Assembly (NCBI GenBank): GCA_950097015.1
Contig: CATNEN010000001.1
Coordinates: 21,142,001-21,206,000 of the forward strand
Direction of reading: 5' to 3'
Origin: Macrostomum hystrix
Lineage: Eukaryota > Animalia > Platyhelminthes
DNA: 64,000 bases
This document shows, in pieces, positions 34,301 through 42,467 of the stretch. Below the pieces are notes generated by a model, which was given only the letters and a program-made list of their open reading frames with translations, was not told the origin of the DNA and ran no database searches. The translations under genes and the position numbers were made by a program. How positions within the stretch are numbered: position 1 is the stretch's first letter; every line of letters begins with the position of its first letter.

Positions 34301-37300
34301 TGTGGTTGCCGCAGAGGACCCTTGCGGTGATCTGTGGTGTTTTTGCGGATTAGAGATTATAGTAAAAAAGCATCGAGAACTTGGCATCTTGGCAACTGTC
34401 TCACCAGTCTACTGTCTCACTAGTCTACTGTCTCACCAGTCTACTGTCTCACCTGTCTACTGTCTCACCAGTCTACTGTCTCACCAGTCTACTGTCTCAC
34501 CTGTCTACTGTCTCACCTGTCTACTGTCTCACTAGTCTACTGTCTCACCAGTCTACTGTCTCACCTGTCTACTGTCTCACCAGTCTACTGTCTCACCAGT
34601 CTACTGTCTCACCTGTCTACTGTCTCACCTGTCTACTGTCTCACCTGTCTACTGTCTCACCTGTCTAATGGCTCACCTGTCTACTCTCTCACCTGTCTAC
34701 TGTCTCACCTGTCTACTGTCTCACCTGTCTAATGGCTCACCTGTCTAATGGCTCACCTGTCTACTGTCTCACCTGTCTACTGTCTCACCTGTCTACTGTC
34801 TCACCTGTCTACTGTCTCACCTGTCTACTGTCTCACCTGTCTACTGTCTCACCTGTCTAATGTCTCACCTGTCTACTGTCTCACCTGTCTACTGTCTCAC
34901 CTGTCTACTGTCTCACTTGTCTACTGTCTCACCTGTCTACTGTCTCACCTGTCTACTGTCTCACCTGTCTACTGTCTCACCTGTCTAATGTCTCACCTGT
35001 CTACTGTCTCACCTGTCTACTGTCTCACCTGTCTACTGTCTCACCTGTCTACTGTCTCACCTGTCTACTGTCTCACCTGTCTACTGTCTCACCTGTCTAA
35101 TGTCTCACTTGTCAACACGTGTGTCTCTCCCGCGTCTCATCTCTCCCGCGTCTCATCTCTCCCGTGTCTCATCTCTCCCGCGTCTCATCTCTCCCGCGTC
35201 TCATCTCTCCCGCGTCTCATCTCTCCCGCGTCTCATCTCTTTCAAATCTCATCTCTCCCGTGTCTCATCTCTTTCAAATCTCATCTCTCCCGTGTGAGGC
35301 CACCAAGCTCACCTGACAGGATGGGCCATCGCGGCAGTCTCTGGCAATGAGGTCGACATCTTGAATGTCGCGCAGTCCGGCCCGTTGCAGGGCGGCATTG
35401 AGTCCGCTAGTCACCAGGTAGTCGCCAATCCGACCGCCATATAGCAGTTTGGAGGAGACGGTGAAATTCAATTCCAGGGCGTGATTGGAGTCCAGGCCAG
35501 CTGTGGTCTCCGGTGCCTTCGTAGTCAGAGTGACGGGCGCCGCTGTGGTGACCGGAGCTGGCTGAGTCACCTGAGCATTGGCTGTGCTCACGGTCAAGTC
35601 TGAGCAGTTAAATTTATCCGGAGTCATGTTAGAGTTGAGAGCGGTAACCGGGCCGAAATCGGACTGCAGCCCGGTAATTGCTTGCCTGAATTTGGCATTG
35701 AATTCGGTCGCATTAATAAGCCGACCACCTGTGGCGTAGGCGGCTTCAACATCGATCAGAGCGGACGCGTCCGCAGCGGCGCTGCGCCTTGTCGCATTAA
35801 TGTAGAGACTGTGCGCGAGCAGCCTGTAGTCCAGGTCGATGCCGGACAGAGCCGCGGTCAGGAAGAAGCGAACTAGGCCAGTTGTGAGGTCGGGTCTAGC
35901 CGACGGCACTTGACTAAGCAGAGACTGGCCACTCAGGCGGAGTTGAAAGCTGTGCCGCAGAATGTTCACTGTTTTACCTGCGGCGGCTGCCGTGCCGTTG
36001 CTGCACATGGCGGTGAGGACAGAGAGATAGTTGTCAAAGACAGGCGGCTTGACACCGCCGCAGTCCGTATTGTTATTGGAGACTATTTTGGCCCGAACAT
36101 TGGCCAGTCCCAGGTGTCTGGAACTGAGGTAGGCATTGATATTCCGCTGTAGGCCAGCCCGCAGCACCAGTGGATAGCGAAGCAGGGCCGAGTGGAGGGC
36201 GCGGAGTCGCAGACTGAGGTCGGCAATCAGATGCTTGGGCTCGGCGCTACAGGACACTGACAAGATGTCAAAGTATGCACTGGAGTTCGGTAGAGGCTGG
36301 AACAGATGCGAGGTGACACTGCTGTTAGCTAGGGAAGCCAGGATAGCTTTTGTCTCCAGCACTAGCCAGCTATTGTCGGTTCGCACTGAAGAGACAGTCT
36401 CACATTGCAGAGGCCGGATGTCAGTCGACTGGCTCAGGCTGATGTTGACGGACACCAGTACGGATATGTCGAAGCAGGTGCCGCAGCTCGATGCCAGCTG
36501 GGTGGCTGGCGGGCTGGCAAAGTTCAGGTAGTTCAGGCAGCTAGGGGCCGCACCCTGTCGCTGAATGCCGTAGTCATCGCTGAGCCTCGACAAATTTTCG
36601 TATCGCTCGATGACCTCGGCACCCAGCCTGGGCCAGTCTTCTGCGGGACGATCGACAGTCAGACGGAAGTCGATGATGAAGGCCATCAGGTGATTGTTGG
36701 ACTGCAGCAGGATTGGCGGCAGAGCTCTGTCATTAGTCGCCAAGGAGCCATCGATGGCGGTGGAATTGTAGCGGCTGGAGGGCATGAAGAACAGGCGATC
36801 CACCAGTTGGTAGAGGTCAGTAGGCAGGCCAACAGCGCTGCCCTTCGTATCCTTGACGCTGGCAAGGCCGCGGCAGTCGGCATCGGCTTTGTCGAGCCGG
36901 AGTGCGCCGTAGAAGTGAGCAGTCTGCTGCCTGCCTGGCTGGCAGGCGCCAAACAGGTGATGATACTCGACCTTGATGTCGGAGAACTGTCTGATATCAA
37001 AGTGGGTCTCGGCTGTGTTACTCTGAGCTGCTATGAACAGGTACTGCTGAAATACGTGGCTGCAGTGGTCAGAGTCAGCGGGCGAGTTCAGCTCGATGAC
37101 CAGATCCTGCAGTGCCAGCTGGGTGCCGTTGGACTCAAGCGCTACGGATGTGGCATCGTGAACCCACATCTTGCTGACAGCCGCCAGCAGCTGACGAATT
37201 TCTCGCAGGCCGAATGTTTTCAGAGCGTCAGAACTTTTGGCTGCCACCAGCTGACGAGTTGCAGCATCACGGAGCAGAGGAAGCCGAATTGTAAGAAGGC

Positions 37301-40300
37301 GATTGTACAGGGGAAAGGAGACACCCGGATCCGGCGGCGGGTGACAAACTCCGGCGGCGTGCAGCAGCACCGGGCCGATCGTCAGGAAGATGACGGCCAG
37401 GCTGTCCATGGCTCTGGCGCACGGCAGTCTGCAATGGGAGAGAAAGGATTGAGGATCTATATTAATGATTATTATTGTATGAGGGCTGTGAGCACTGGCA
37501 CACCATTTGGTGACAGTAGACCCGCAGCCAGCGAAGAGGCAATTCTGTTCATTCTGCTGACTCCTGAGCACACACGCTCACACACATCCTGAGCAGGCTC
37601 ATTGTCAAGCAGTTCACAGTGTTACACCCTTCTCTACGCGACTGCGCCCCAAATGAAAATGAGCTCGTCACGGAATCGAACGCGATTAGACTGCTCTCCC
37701 ACTCACAGTCCCAAAGATTGAGGATCAACAATGCAATGATTCTAAGAAAATCTAATCCGTCAAACTAGACAAGGATACAAATCCCAAAAAGTGATCTGGA
37801 ATAGGGCCCAAAAAATTAGCATTCGAGCATTAGCAGCCACATCGCCACTGTTTTCACAAAAAATGCCGCCACAGGACCACAGCCCGCAGATCCGGCCAGT
37901 GTACAACTACAGGCAGTTGTACCCCTGCAATGCTGCCATTGGAGCAAGGAATAGGCTGGCGAGATTCCGCCGCATTCACTGGCATCATGCGGTGCATGGG
38001 ATCATCTTTTTTGGGGATCTTTTGCACTCGTAGTTTCTGCTGTGCTGTGCACCAAGTTTTTTGTGTTTAAAGACTTTTTAACTCTCTCAGTGGTCCTTGG
38101 TTTTTCCGATTCTGAATTCCCCATTTTAATCTTAGATGCCATATTCTAGATTCTATATCTCAACTTTTTAAGTCCCGAATTCCGAATCCTAGATCCCAGA
38201 TTCCGGATCCCCGATCCAAGATCTACTAACTTTTTATCCATAAATCCTGCTATTAATCTATGACTCCGACTAGATTATGAACATTTTATTTACAATTCCT
38301 TTCTGTAGAATCGGTTGTTAGTTTTTCCAATGTCTCAAGAAGGGTTTTACCATAGACTACTCACAGCTCTGTGTTTGTAGCCAACAGTACTATTGCACGT
38401 AACAATTTTATTTATAGTTTTTTAAGTTAAGTTTCAACTAACATATTAAAACCCTTTCGTTGGTAACGAATTAATACTTAATAACGAATTTGTAGTTAAT
38501 AACGAATTTGTAGTTAATATCATGAAAATGAAAAGTTGGAACGTATTAAAGCACTAGTTTGGGAATATAAAATCAAATACGTAACAAATCAAGCAATCAG
38601 GTGATCAGAGGTCAGGGGATCAGAGAATCAGGGAATGAGAGGGTCAGGGAATGAGAGGGTCAGGGAATAAGAGGGTCAGGGGATCAGAGGATCAGGGAAT
38701 GAGAGGATCAGGGAATAAGAGGGTTAGGGGATCAGAGGGTCAGGGAATGAGAGGGTCAGGGGATCAGAGGATCAGGGAATAAGAGGGTTAGGGGATCAGA
38801 GAATCAGGGAATGAGAGGATCAGGGAATAAGAGGGTTAGGGAATGAGAGGGTCAGGGAATGAGAGGATCAGGGAATAAGAGGGTTAGGGGATCAGAGGGT
38901 CAGGGAATGAGAGGGTCAGGGAATGAGAGGGTCAGGGAATGAGAGGGTCAGGGGATCAGAGGATCAGGGAATAAGAGGGTTAGGGGATCAGAGAATCAGG
39001 GAATGAGAGGATCAGGGAATAAGAGGGTTAGGGAATGAGAGGGTCAGGGAATGAGAGGATCAGGGAATAAGAGGGTTAGGGGATCAGAGGGTCAGGGAAT
39101 GAGAGGGTCAGGGAATGAGAGGGTCAGGGAATGAGAGGGTCAGGGAATGAGAGGGTCAGGGAATGAGAGGGTCAGGGAATAAGAGGGTCAGGGAATAAGA
39201 GGGTCAGGGGATCAGAGGGTCAGGGAATAAGAGGGTCAGGGGATCAGAGGATCAGGGAATAAGAGGGTTAGGGGATCAGAGAATCAGGGAATGAGAGGGT
39301 CAGGGAATGAGAGGGTCAGGGAATGAGAGGGTCAGGGAATGAGAGGGTCAGGGAATGAGAGGGTCAGGGGATCAGAGAATCAGGGAATGAGAGGGTCAGG
39401 GAATGAGAGGGTCAGGGAATAAGAGGGTCAGGGAATAAGAGGGTCAGGGGATCAGAGAATCAGGGAATGAGAGGGTCAGGGAATGAGAGGGTCAGGGAAT
39501 GAGATGGTCAGGGGATGAGAGGGTCAGGGAATGAGATGGTCAGGGGATGAGAGGGTCAGGGAATAAGAGGGTTAGGGAATGAGAGGGTCAGGGGATGAGA
39601 GGGTCAGGGAATGAGATGGTCAGGGGATGAGATGGTCAGTTCCGATCAGACATTAGATAATTATTATCAAAGTCAGGGATAATTAGCTATAATCTTGGAT
39701 CTACTAGTTGGTAGAATAGTTGATAGGCCATGAAAAACGAAACAGCCGATAAAGTCAAAGTGCTCAAAAAGATTTGGCATCGGATTTAGGCAGCTGCTAA
39801 ATGTCAGTTTCACTGAAAAAAAGCTTTGACTTAGTTTTTTCTAAGAAATCACGCGCGGCAATCCGAAAATGTACTTCCGCTGAGTAGAGGAAAAGTTGCT
39901 GCGAGTTTGACTTAAGGGCTTGTTTTAAACAAATACTATAGGAGGCTTATTATAAAAGAGCAGGGTCAGTCCGATCTCGGCGATGAAAGCTTATCCGTGT
40001 CTTCCTGCCCCTGATCCAAATCCCTAGTCCAGAAATTAAAGACCATCTTTACATGCATGGGGCAGTATTTAAAAGAGCTCTCAGTCCAATGTAATCTAGG
40101 CTGGGACAAACGCTAAGAACAGACAGACTTCATTACACCCGGAGAACAGTTAAACAAATACGATTTGTTTGTCGAAGCCAGCTTTGTACTAGCTTGTAAG
40201 GTAAGACCTAGGAAATACTGTATTGTCAAGAGATTAACAAAATATTTCTTCGATTCTGATTGGAAAGCTAGTTTTTTCTTGGAAATAAACAAGAAAATGA

Positions 40301-41655
40301 CTGGCGACTGCCCGTTTGCAAACCTTTGGTGTTAGAGAACAGACTGTCGACTAATTAATTGAATGTCAGTCACTTGCACAATCAATTGGCTTAGGCATTT
40401 TTAGGGAAGTTTACCTTCTTCCTTAATGGGCAGGTAAACTTAATTAAATCTTAAATTAAAACTTAAATAAATCCAGTTCATTGAGTTGACTTCACAGCAC
40501 TGCACTAACCGAATAATTATTATGTACTTTAACATAAAGTCTAAAAGTATATAGACTTTTAGAAACGAAACCTACAAATAAAACCCTGCTTGCATGCGGT
40601 AATAGAAATTACCCACTAATAAAATAACAAATATTAACACCGAAGAGTTAAACGGACCCGGCCGAACCACCGCAAACTTAACTCACCTTTTTTCTGTGTC
40701 TTGTTTCGCGTTTGTCTTAGCGTTTAGCGCAGTGATTTTCAACGACTTGTTGATGCGTCAGTTGTAATAGTTAAGAGTAGCGGACGTGCTGAATAAGGCT
40801 GCGCCCTGTTCTCTTCTTTGACTTGGCCTGGTTTTCGCCCAAAAAACTTCGCTGTTGCAGCTTGTCTGCCGTTGTCTGCAGCCCTCGCCTCGATCCTTCG
40901 CTTTAGCTGAATTTGGCGCAAACGACCCCTCTAAATAAACTGTATACACACGCGCGCACCACAAGCCAGTCATAAAAGTTTTCCAAGAGGGCGATATAAA
41001 ATTAATTATTGGCCCAAGCATTCACACCACACCGCCCCCCCTCCAGCGCCCCCTCCACTTTCACACCCTAAAGCCGGTCAAAGCCGCGACACCCCCGAAG
41101 CCCTAGTCAAAACAAGTATCGGCCTCCAGCCAATCAGAGCCGACCATCAGCCAATATAATCGATTTCATACCCTTTTCCGTCCAATTATTTCCTACCCCT
41201 AAACGCACCAGTCGGGACAAAGTAATAAACTAGCCTAGAACTAACTATCCACTAAAACTCATTTCCGTCTCCTTCCGCACTTTCTACTAGCACAAGCCAA
41301 CAACCGCCCACCTCATTGACAGGACTCCGCGGTCGGCCTTGCAGAGAGCCGCGTTGTCTGCAATCCAAACCGGCATCACAACCAGCTTGGCGAGGACCAT
41401 AACCTAGCCTCCGAGTCTGTTGCAGCCCATTTGCAGCAACAGAAGCAGCAGCAGCAGGCTGCCAAATTTCACGGCTCACACTGCCGCCGTCGCCTGTGCA
41501 TTACAGCCCAAGGAGCTTCATCGATTGACAAATACTCGCGCATTCTATTCCCTCTCTGCTTCAGCGTGTTTAATATCATCTATTGGCTAGTCTATCTGCG
41601 ACTGTCTGATGGCTCCGACACTCTGCTGAAAGAGTTCGACATCATTGCCGATTGA
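7398..41655 (+). CDS. Rdl: Cys-loop anion channel, RDL-like GABA receptor subunit, ~633 aa; exons 7398-7597, 10371-10492, 10558-10628, 13753-13997, 18822-18904, 20761-20895, 21664-21816, 22684-23243, 41323-41655
   Basis: Signal peptide, [36 protein letters not shown], Cys-loop [64 protein letters not shown] and TM4 [10 protein letters not shown]. All eight introns are GT-AG and phase-consistent; total CDS 1902 nt. Confidence 0.9.
7620..8925. repeat. 16-bp GA-rich minisatellite (gagagattgagaaggg)n
   Basis: Direct reading. Confidence 0.95.
9465..10080. repeat. 16-bp minisatellite (ccaaatcttctaaatc)n
   Basis: Direct reading. Confidence 0.9.
10690..11005. repeat. ~32-bp (plus longer variant) tandem repeat ggagtgaggttggtgtttrcttatcrctgatt
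   Basis: Direct reading. Confidence 0.85.
11746..12640 (-). mobile_element. hAT-like MITE remnant containing a 16-bp satellite (gagagatgagacacgg)n at ~11840-12623
   Basis: CAGGGGTCAGCAAACT hAT/Charlie-like terminus; flank 11781-11820 is similar in reverse complement to 57875-57910. Confidence 0.55.
13285..13582. repeat. 44-bp tandem repeat containing ATTGG and GGGCGTGG
   Basis: 6-7 copies of tctgattggctgggcgtggagtgaggtagctaacatcggtcctc. Confidence 0.9.
14010..14692. repeat. 20-bp minisatellite (ttgatgagaaatgagaatcg)n
   Basis: Direct reading. Confidence 0.95.
15146..15588. repeat. 20-bp minisatellite (gaatgatcagatagttgcgt)n
   Basis: Direct reading. Confidence 0.95.
16245..17070. repeat. 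Variable 15-20-bp minisatellite (gatgtgtcagatgttct)n
   Basis: Direct reading. Confidence 0.9.
17500..18663 (-). CDS. Nested antisense gene, unknown ~255-aa protein; exons 18663-18231 and 17834-17500
   Basis: Two normal-complexity coding segments flank a minisatellite bounded by donor T|gtgagt and acceptor ttcgcag|, both phase 1. Confidence 0.7.
   Translation of the reverse strand: MAYRELNFREQYVMPITDETLQMVQDARIKAACTRTRCVFSVCKKMLTRKIGVQSMRFCIFEIRGGSLNDLYRCNKLLENYFPAYKLRKPYDTSMVHTRLQYNEWTPDNTFLYFKSQRFGLGRNCVGEINLSAPCGGEDTSVLPCEFLRYLHCLHCLPSLPALPPFTACTASLHCLHCLPSLPALPPFTACTASLHCLHCLPSLPALPPFTACTASLHCLHCLPLLPALPPFTASLHCLHCLPLLPALPPFTASPQCLHCLHCLRSPRCHLNLAFAVPSTLMEMVAERPRSDWIIDKREIDGAYCTSFSNCLNFRKTIFRPANKNRTYAGVLMPESTTMPLPRMNYFQDPNYIEQMIDPMVTETRRSREMELEADRHSHKTVKVSVP
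17870..18213. repeat. Compound 10/13-bp minisatellite (aggcagtgc, gggaggcagtgaa)
   Basis: Direct reading; fills the nested gene's intron. Confidence 0.9.
19030..20615. repeat. 28-bp higher-order repeat of four AATCnnn heptamers
   Basis: aatcccg-aatcctc-aatcatt-aatctcc. Confidence 0.95.
20912..21611. repeat. 19-bp minisatellite (gacagtgagggagagggta)n
   Basis: Direct reading; the same family occurs inverted at 49160-49945. Confidence 0.95.
21840..22278. repeat. GA-rich ~21-bp repeat (gagagagatcggggagagagg)n, interrupted at ~21972-22063
   Basis: Direct reading. Confidence 0.85.
23450..23756 (-). mobile_element. tRNA-derived SINE, most complete copy
   Basis: Minus strand has an A-box-like TGGCACAGTGC and B box GAGTTCGATTCC. 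The body is shared with 37490-37685, 33380-33530 and 1600-1712. Confidence 0.7.
23770..25993. repeat. 19-bp minisatellite (gatgtgtcagtgaatgatt)n, 2.2 kb
   Basis: Direct reading. Confidence 0.95.
26494..32874 (-). CDS. Nested giant type I membrane protein, 6.4-kb terminal exon (SEA domain, TM helix, cytoplasmic tail)
   Basis: 2125-aa ORF after acceptor ctccgcag|. SEA-like [13 protein letters not shown]...[35 protein letters not shown] followed by basic residues, C-terminal SLV. Confidence 0.9.
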   Translation of the reverse strand, partial: SMPESDLQRQLSRKLRFVQSAIFNGQAGRPELLSFEYLAQRRPDASIRVDALSRITWPTGTTAAASFNEDTLKKLIDTELEALHNNVDVIPMTIDSRQTILRLLDSQAGLADFPTCELLLQFRPAPNDIAVAAVDASWLPVADRLTASLGGNASRVSVLSLSPDPASNINALVTVPRKNSCSETAQLLLKASTSSSANNRLVAARSISDNVLTALDSVLNNQKVLVRHIALLPSYHSLSKPTDNADSLGDYFCFLTMWAHSLFNSNRGSGVCVSNLAEPHRVRLNPLSDVTTPAMRLSTVSAFTDTPPNGVMQLFWRLKNFYLTSNETFIDLYSTGAHNATGGDFYVSLITSQLPPPPPHPMANITTMRPATVAVTLTTPASTAFATATRAMPATASAATAAPNVSVPTSVAPPTSVKTPTTAQPPTSPVGPYYIAADRMASLVISLGIPADPRQGRYFYSDSALLHYLMKSALAQSLLKSAWQVAPDDILSTRVSVDTSQLTVSVFIELLLTVDRNSANLESELRTVVDQSMLLSTVFSKRTYSASFANLPARRWLHRTPSAATGSTLRQSVEHRILVRLTDGAPDFLRIRDSATYSSDTRSNDLLLDFLMQQLVIDASRPHQLISRPQLVQYKSDSHLAWLHLRYEIQQPASLQQLTTDFAASWQRLDSTAQLRDILYLDIRAVPPQQNRGLLLYQMLRLESYISKKSLMSLPSEFLALTLEPKIKYVMQKVFPSGSASTPGYLDVEVTFAKNNGALDILALTRVSIPPGYSLYKLQQRIQLHVKQRLEELANDVTVVPSFFNNGRTDVRVLDLKEDLSHPYWCDLVYTFAIDGTSLPSQAFQLAAYLSQLISPKLPRHTQLERLAVLQSIPSAGSAPKQLEVQALVTLSSAHSLPFAEATSILTKAASSEPRLTTRAVVKPFNSAPSLVPRPSSTNSISLNHTVTFVGSADSLTQPDADKISNYACFLYQSALESAHWFALYVVPHSCSATTAVSSIQISRQPLLSLPALQLNISARVASQTENADILASAIRAVIGALNVKNFYFNSGEIVLSNEVQLHTAGHANSTTRPPPPTRSSGTTAGPAAILYYNLLLQFPLSNITSDYLAEPDNPMALLLAQSLLRSSLSANAALSKLANHLTVVNASRLADFSLSSTAAINVTGGLFNMTSELGFGLVLARFAPASAVASSDQLRAAVADSIASWPLAALLFTKRPYVIALPEFEQSPTQLANPTTPAPSSASGTKPNAVKTRRRRSASAAAGSNAAFVEHRLQLFATASLPIFLRFRDIPLRPDPLLAFLTEQLLNLAMRRWAETNGRNGSISADWPKLMWLRSDNSSVTLCIRYPLPAGVTQQFMMDSFASAWVSVNRELAGCSLCMARDQDIRPIASSDAFNETVGLLVYHRLQFDGFVGKDTMRKLNHDDLNQLMRHRLQFILGRLYPGGGGGNLSLAGFDFECYGRNSTVVTFLLARLLSSADVQEAAIRRHAIAQLRGLVNDEHVLPAQLANNGTDLRILAKRTGLPAGTVDWLDIQATFEYAEDSVGSLHGYALAAGARRHLKHLLGRAARPISIAQLRLMRWKRLGTGAFGQHHQLVTVLATLSSKSPPSRGEAATPQDLRAELGKATGLLEQNLTLPLQDFDHEPRHYDQHHLDLMHTGVALQQPVYLVDSGRVDDSSLESTDQLTSDFLCLLLASAFRQRGSARLRFVDDSCAARVTSRGSMSPHPLSFRRIPATTATAYFTLHNSSQPYNPAEAADTIDQLANSLNAYADVPGRTFATGEVSPILPVPIYQLLKFGSAGFPQDLSNSSSKLYLDSSGAIKRSLALYLRSVAHLFSGQVKDIRFYSGSILVFINYRIYPRLFSPSQVAIHIEQHTEALFSTDSPFHGLQLDRDGSFTSTAPIAEGREPKLDRIEQPGVPVAIYCILGVASFLLLLLSSLLIVRLIRIRRNNRIRARPLQQQGSTNSQRRSLKCAEEGDASQVRPAPANTVRIEISNADANANSRRTSRISTVAAAGSRSRLPSTDVPRLPQPPESRRASSATNRRASAVAPSNVVMGSTLVESALVAPVSAPNEAPNAAPTAAPGEAPGAAPNEAPTAAPTAAPTTAPNVAPNDAPNSVPSGSLV
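33380..33530 (+). mobile_element. SINE copy, same family, opposite orientation
   Basis: gtgtgctaaggagacagcg..ggctgcgggtccagtgtcaccaa is similar to the reverse complement of the 23.5-kb copy. Confidence 0.6.
33645..34331 (-). CDS. Nested giant type I membrane protein, second coding exon
   Basis: Acceptor accacag|ATC and donor CAG|gtgaat, phase 0/0, open frame; sequence is similar to the repeats in the last exon. Confidence 0.8.
34395..35295. repeat. Two abutting 16-bp minisatellites: (acctgtctactgtctc)n then (catctctcccgygtct)n
   Basis: Direct reading; the switch is at ~35110-35125. Confidence 0.95.
35313..37409 (-). CDS. Nested giant type I membrane protein, first coding exon (signal peptide [20 protein letters not shown])
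   Basis: 2097-nt open frame; acceptor ccattgcag| at 37428 upstream of the ATG; phase-0 donor CAG|gtgagc. Confidence 0.8.
37490..37685 (-). mobile_element. SINE copy, same family
   Basis: catttggtgac..gacccgcagccagc..gaggcaattctg..gctgactcctgagcacacacgc aligns with 23473-23547; B-box remnant ggaatcgaac. Confidence 0.7.
38600..39640. repeat. 16-bp minisatellite (tcagggaatgagaggg)n
   Basis: Direct reading. Confidence 0.95.
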
Positions 41656-42467
41656 AAGCAATGATATTGATGAATTATTTACGGAAGAAACTGAATTAGT
41701 TTGATGAATTAGTTTGTCTAGTTTGTAACTTTGTTATTCTAATGCGATATTAACAATCAGTCTGTCATTGAACTTTAGCTCCTTCGATAGATTTTTTACG
41801 TCTCTACTACTCATTAGTAGCAAAAAAGTGTATAGAACAGATATGATACGTACAGCATGTATAGAAATTATAAACTGATTGACAAGTCTGTTCGAACAAT
41901 CACAGCCACTTTCAATTTTGTTTGTCCCCTGACAGTTGCAATTGTAGTATTGTGAACATTAAAAACTGCTTTCTCGTACAGCCGGCGATGGCATGCATTA
42001 ACACTAAGCATTGTTGTTTATCTTTGTTTCTGGCATTAGCTAGTCATCAAACCAGTCGTATATAATCCAACTTTGTTCAAAACCGAACCAAACTTTTTTG
42101 ACGAGGAGAAAAATTTACCAAAAGTTTGGTCCTATCTTTTCTGCGGTTCAGTTTTACAAAATTGCGCAGTACAAAGAAGGTATCGCACTGCACTTTAAGA
42201 CCTCATACCTGAAACTTTTCATTTGATTCTACTTCGAATATGTATTTTATCATTGACTTTGTACTAACATTTACCAATGAGCTTATTGTACTGAGAAATA
42301 CCCTTGAAGTTTATGATTTACTATTCTATCTATCTAATGTGCATATTTTCTAATAAAGTACAATAATACACTCTTGGAACAATATTACCCAAAATATATT
42401 TATAAATTCACATTCTACAATCATTGATTTCATTGTGACGCAACCTTGGAGTGTATACCACCTTTCA

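Noticed and set aside
36405-37592. 395-aa plus-strand ORF and other ORFs antisense to real exons
   Set aside because: Shadow frames of GC-rich coding sequence on the opposite strand.
41291-41322. Alternative acceptor at 41290 for the last channel exon
   Set aside because: Out of frame with the phase-0 donor and hits a stop before TM4; 41323 fits.
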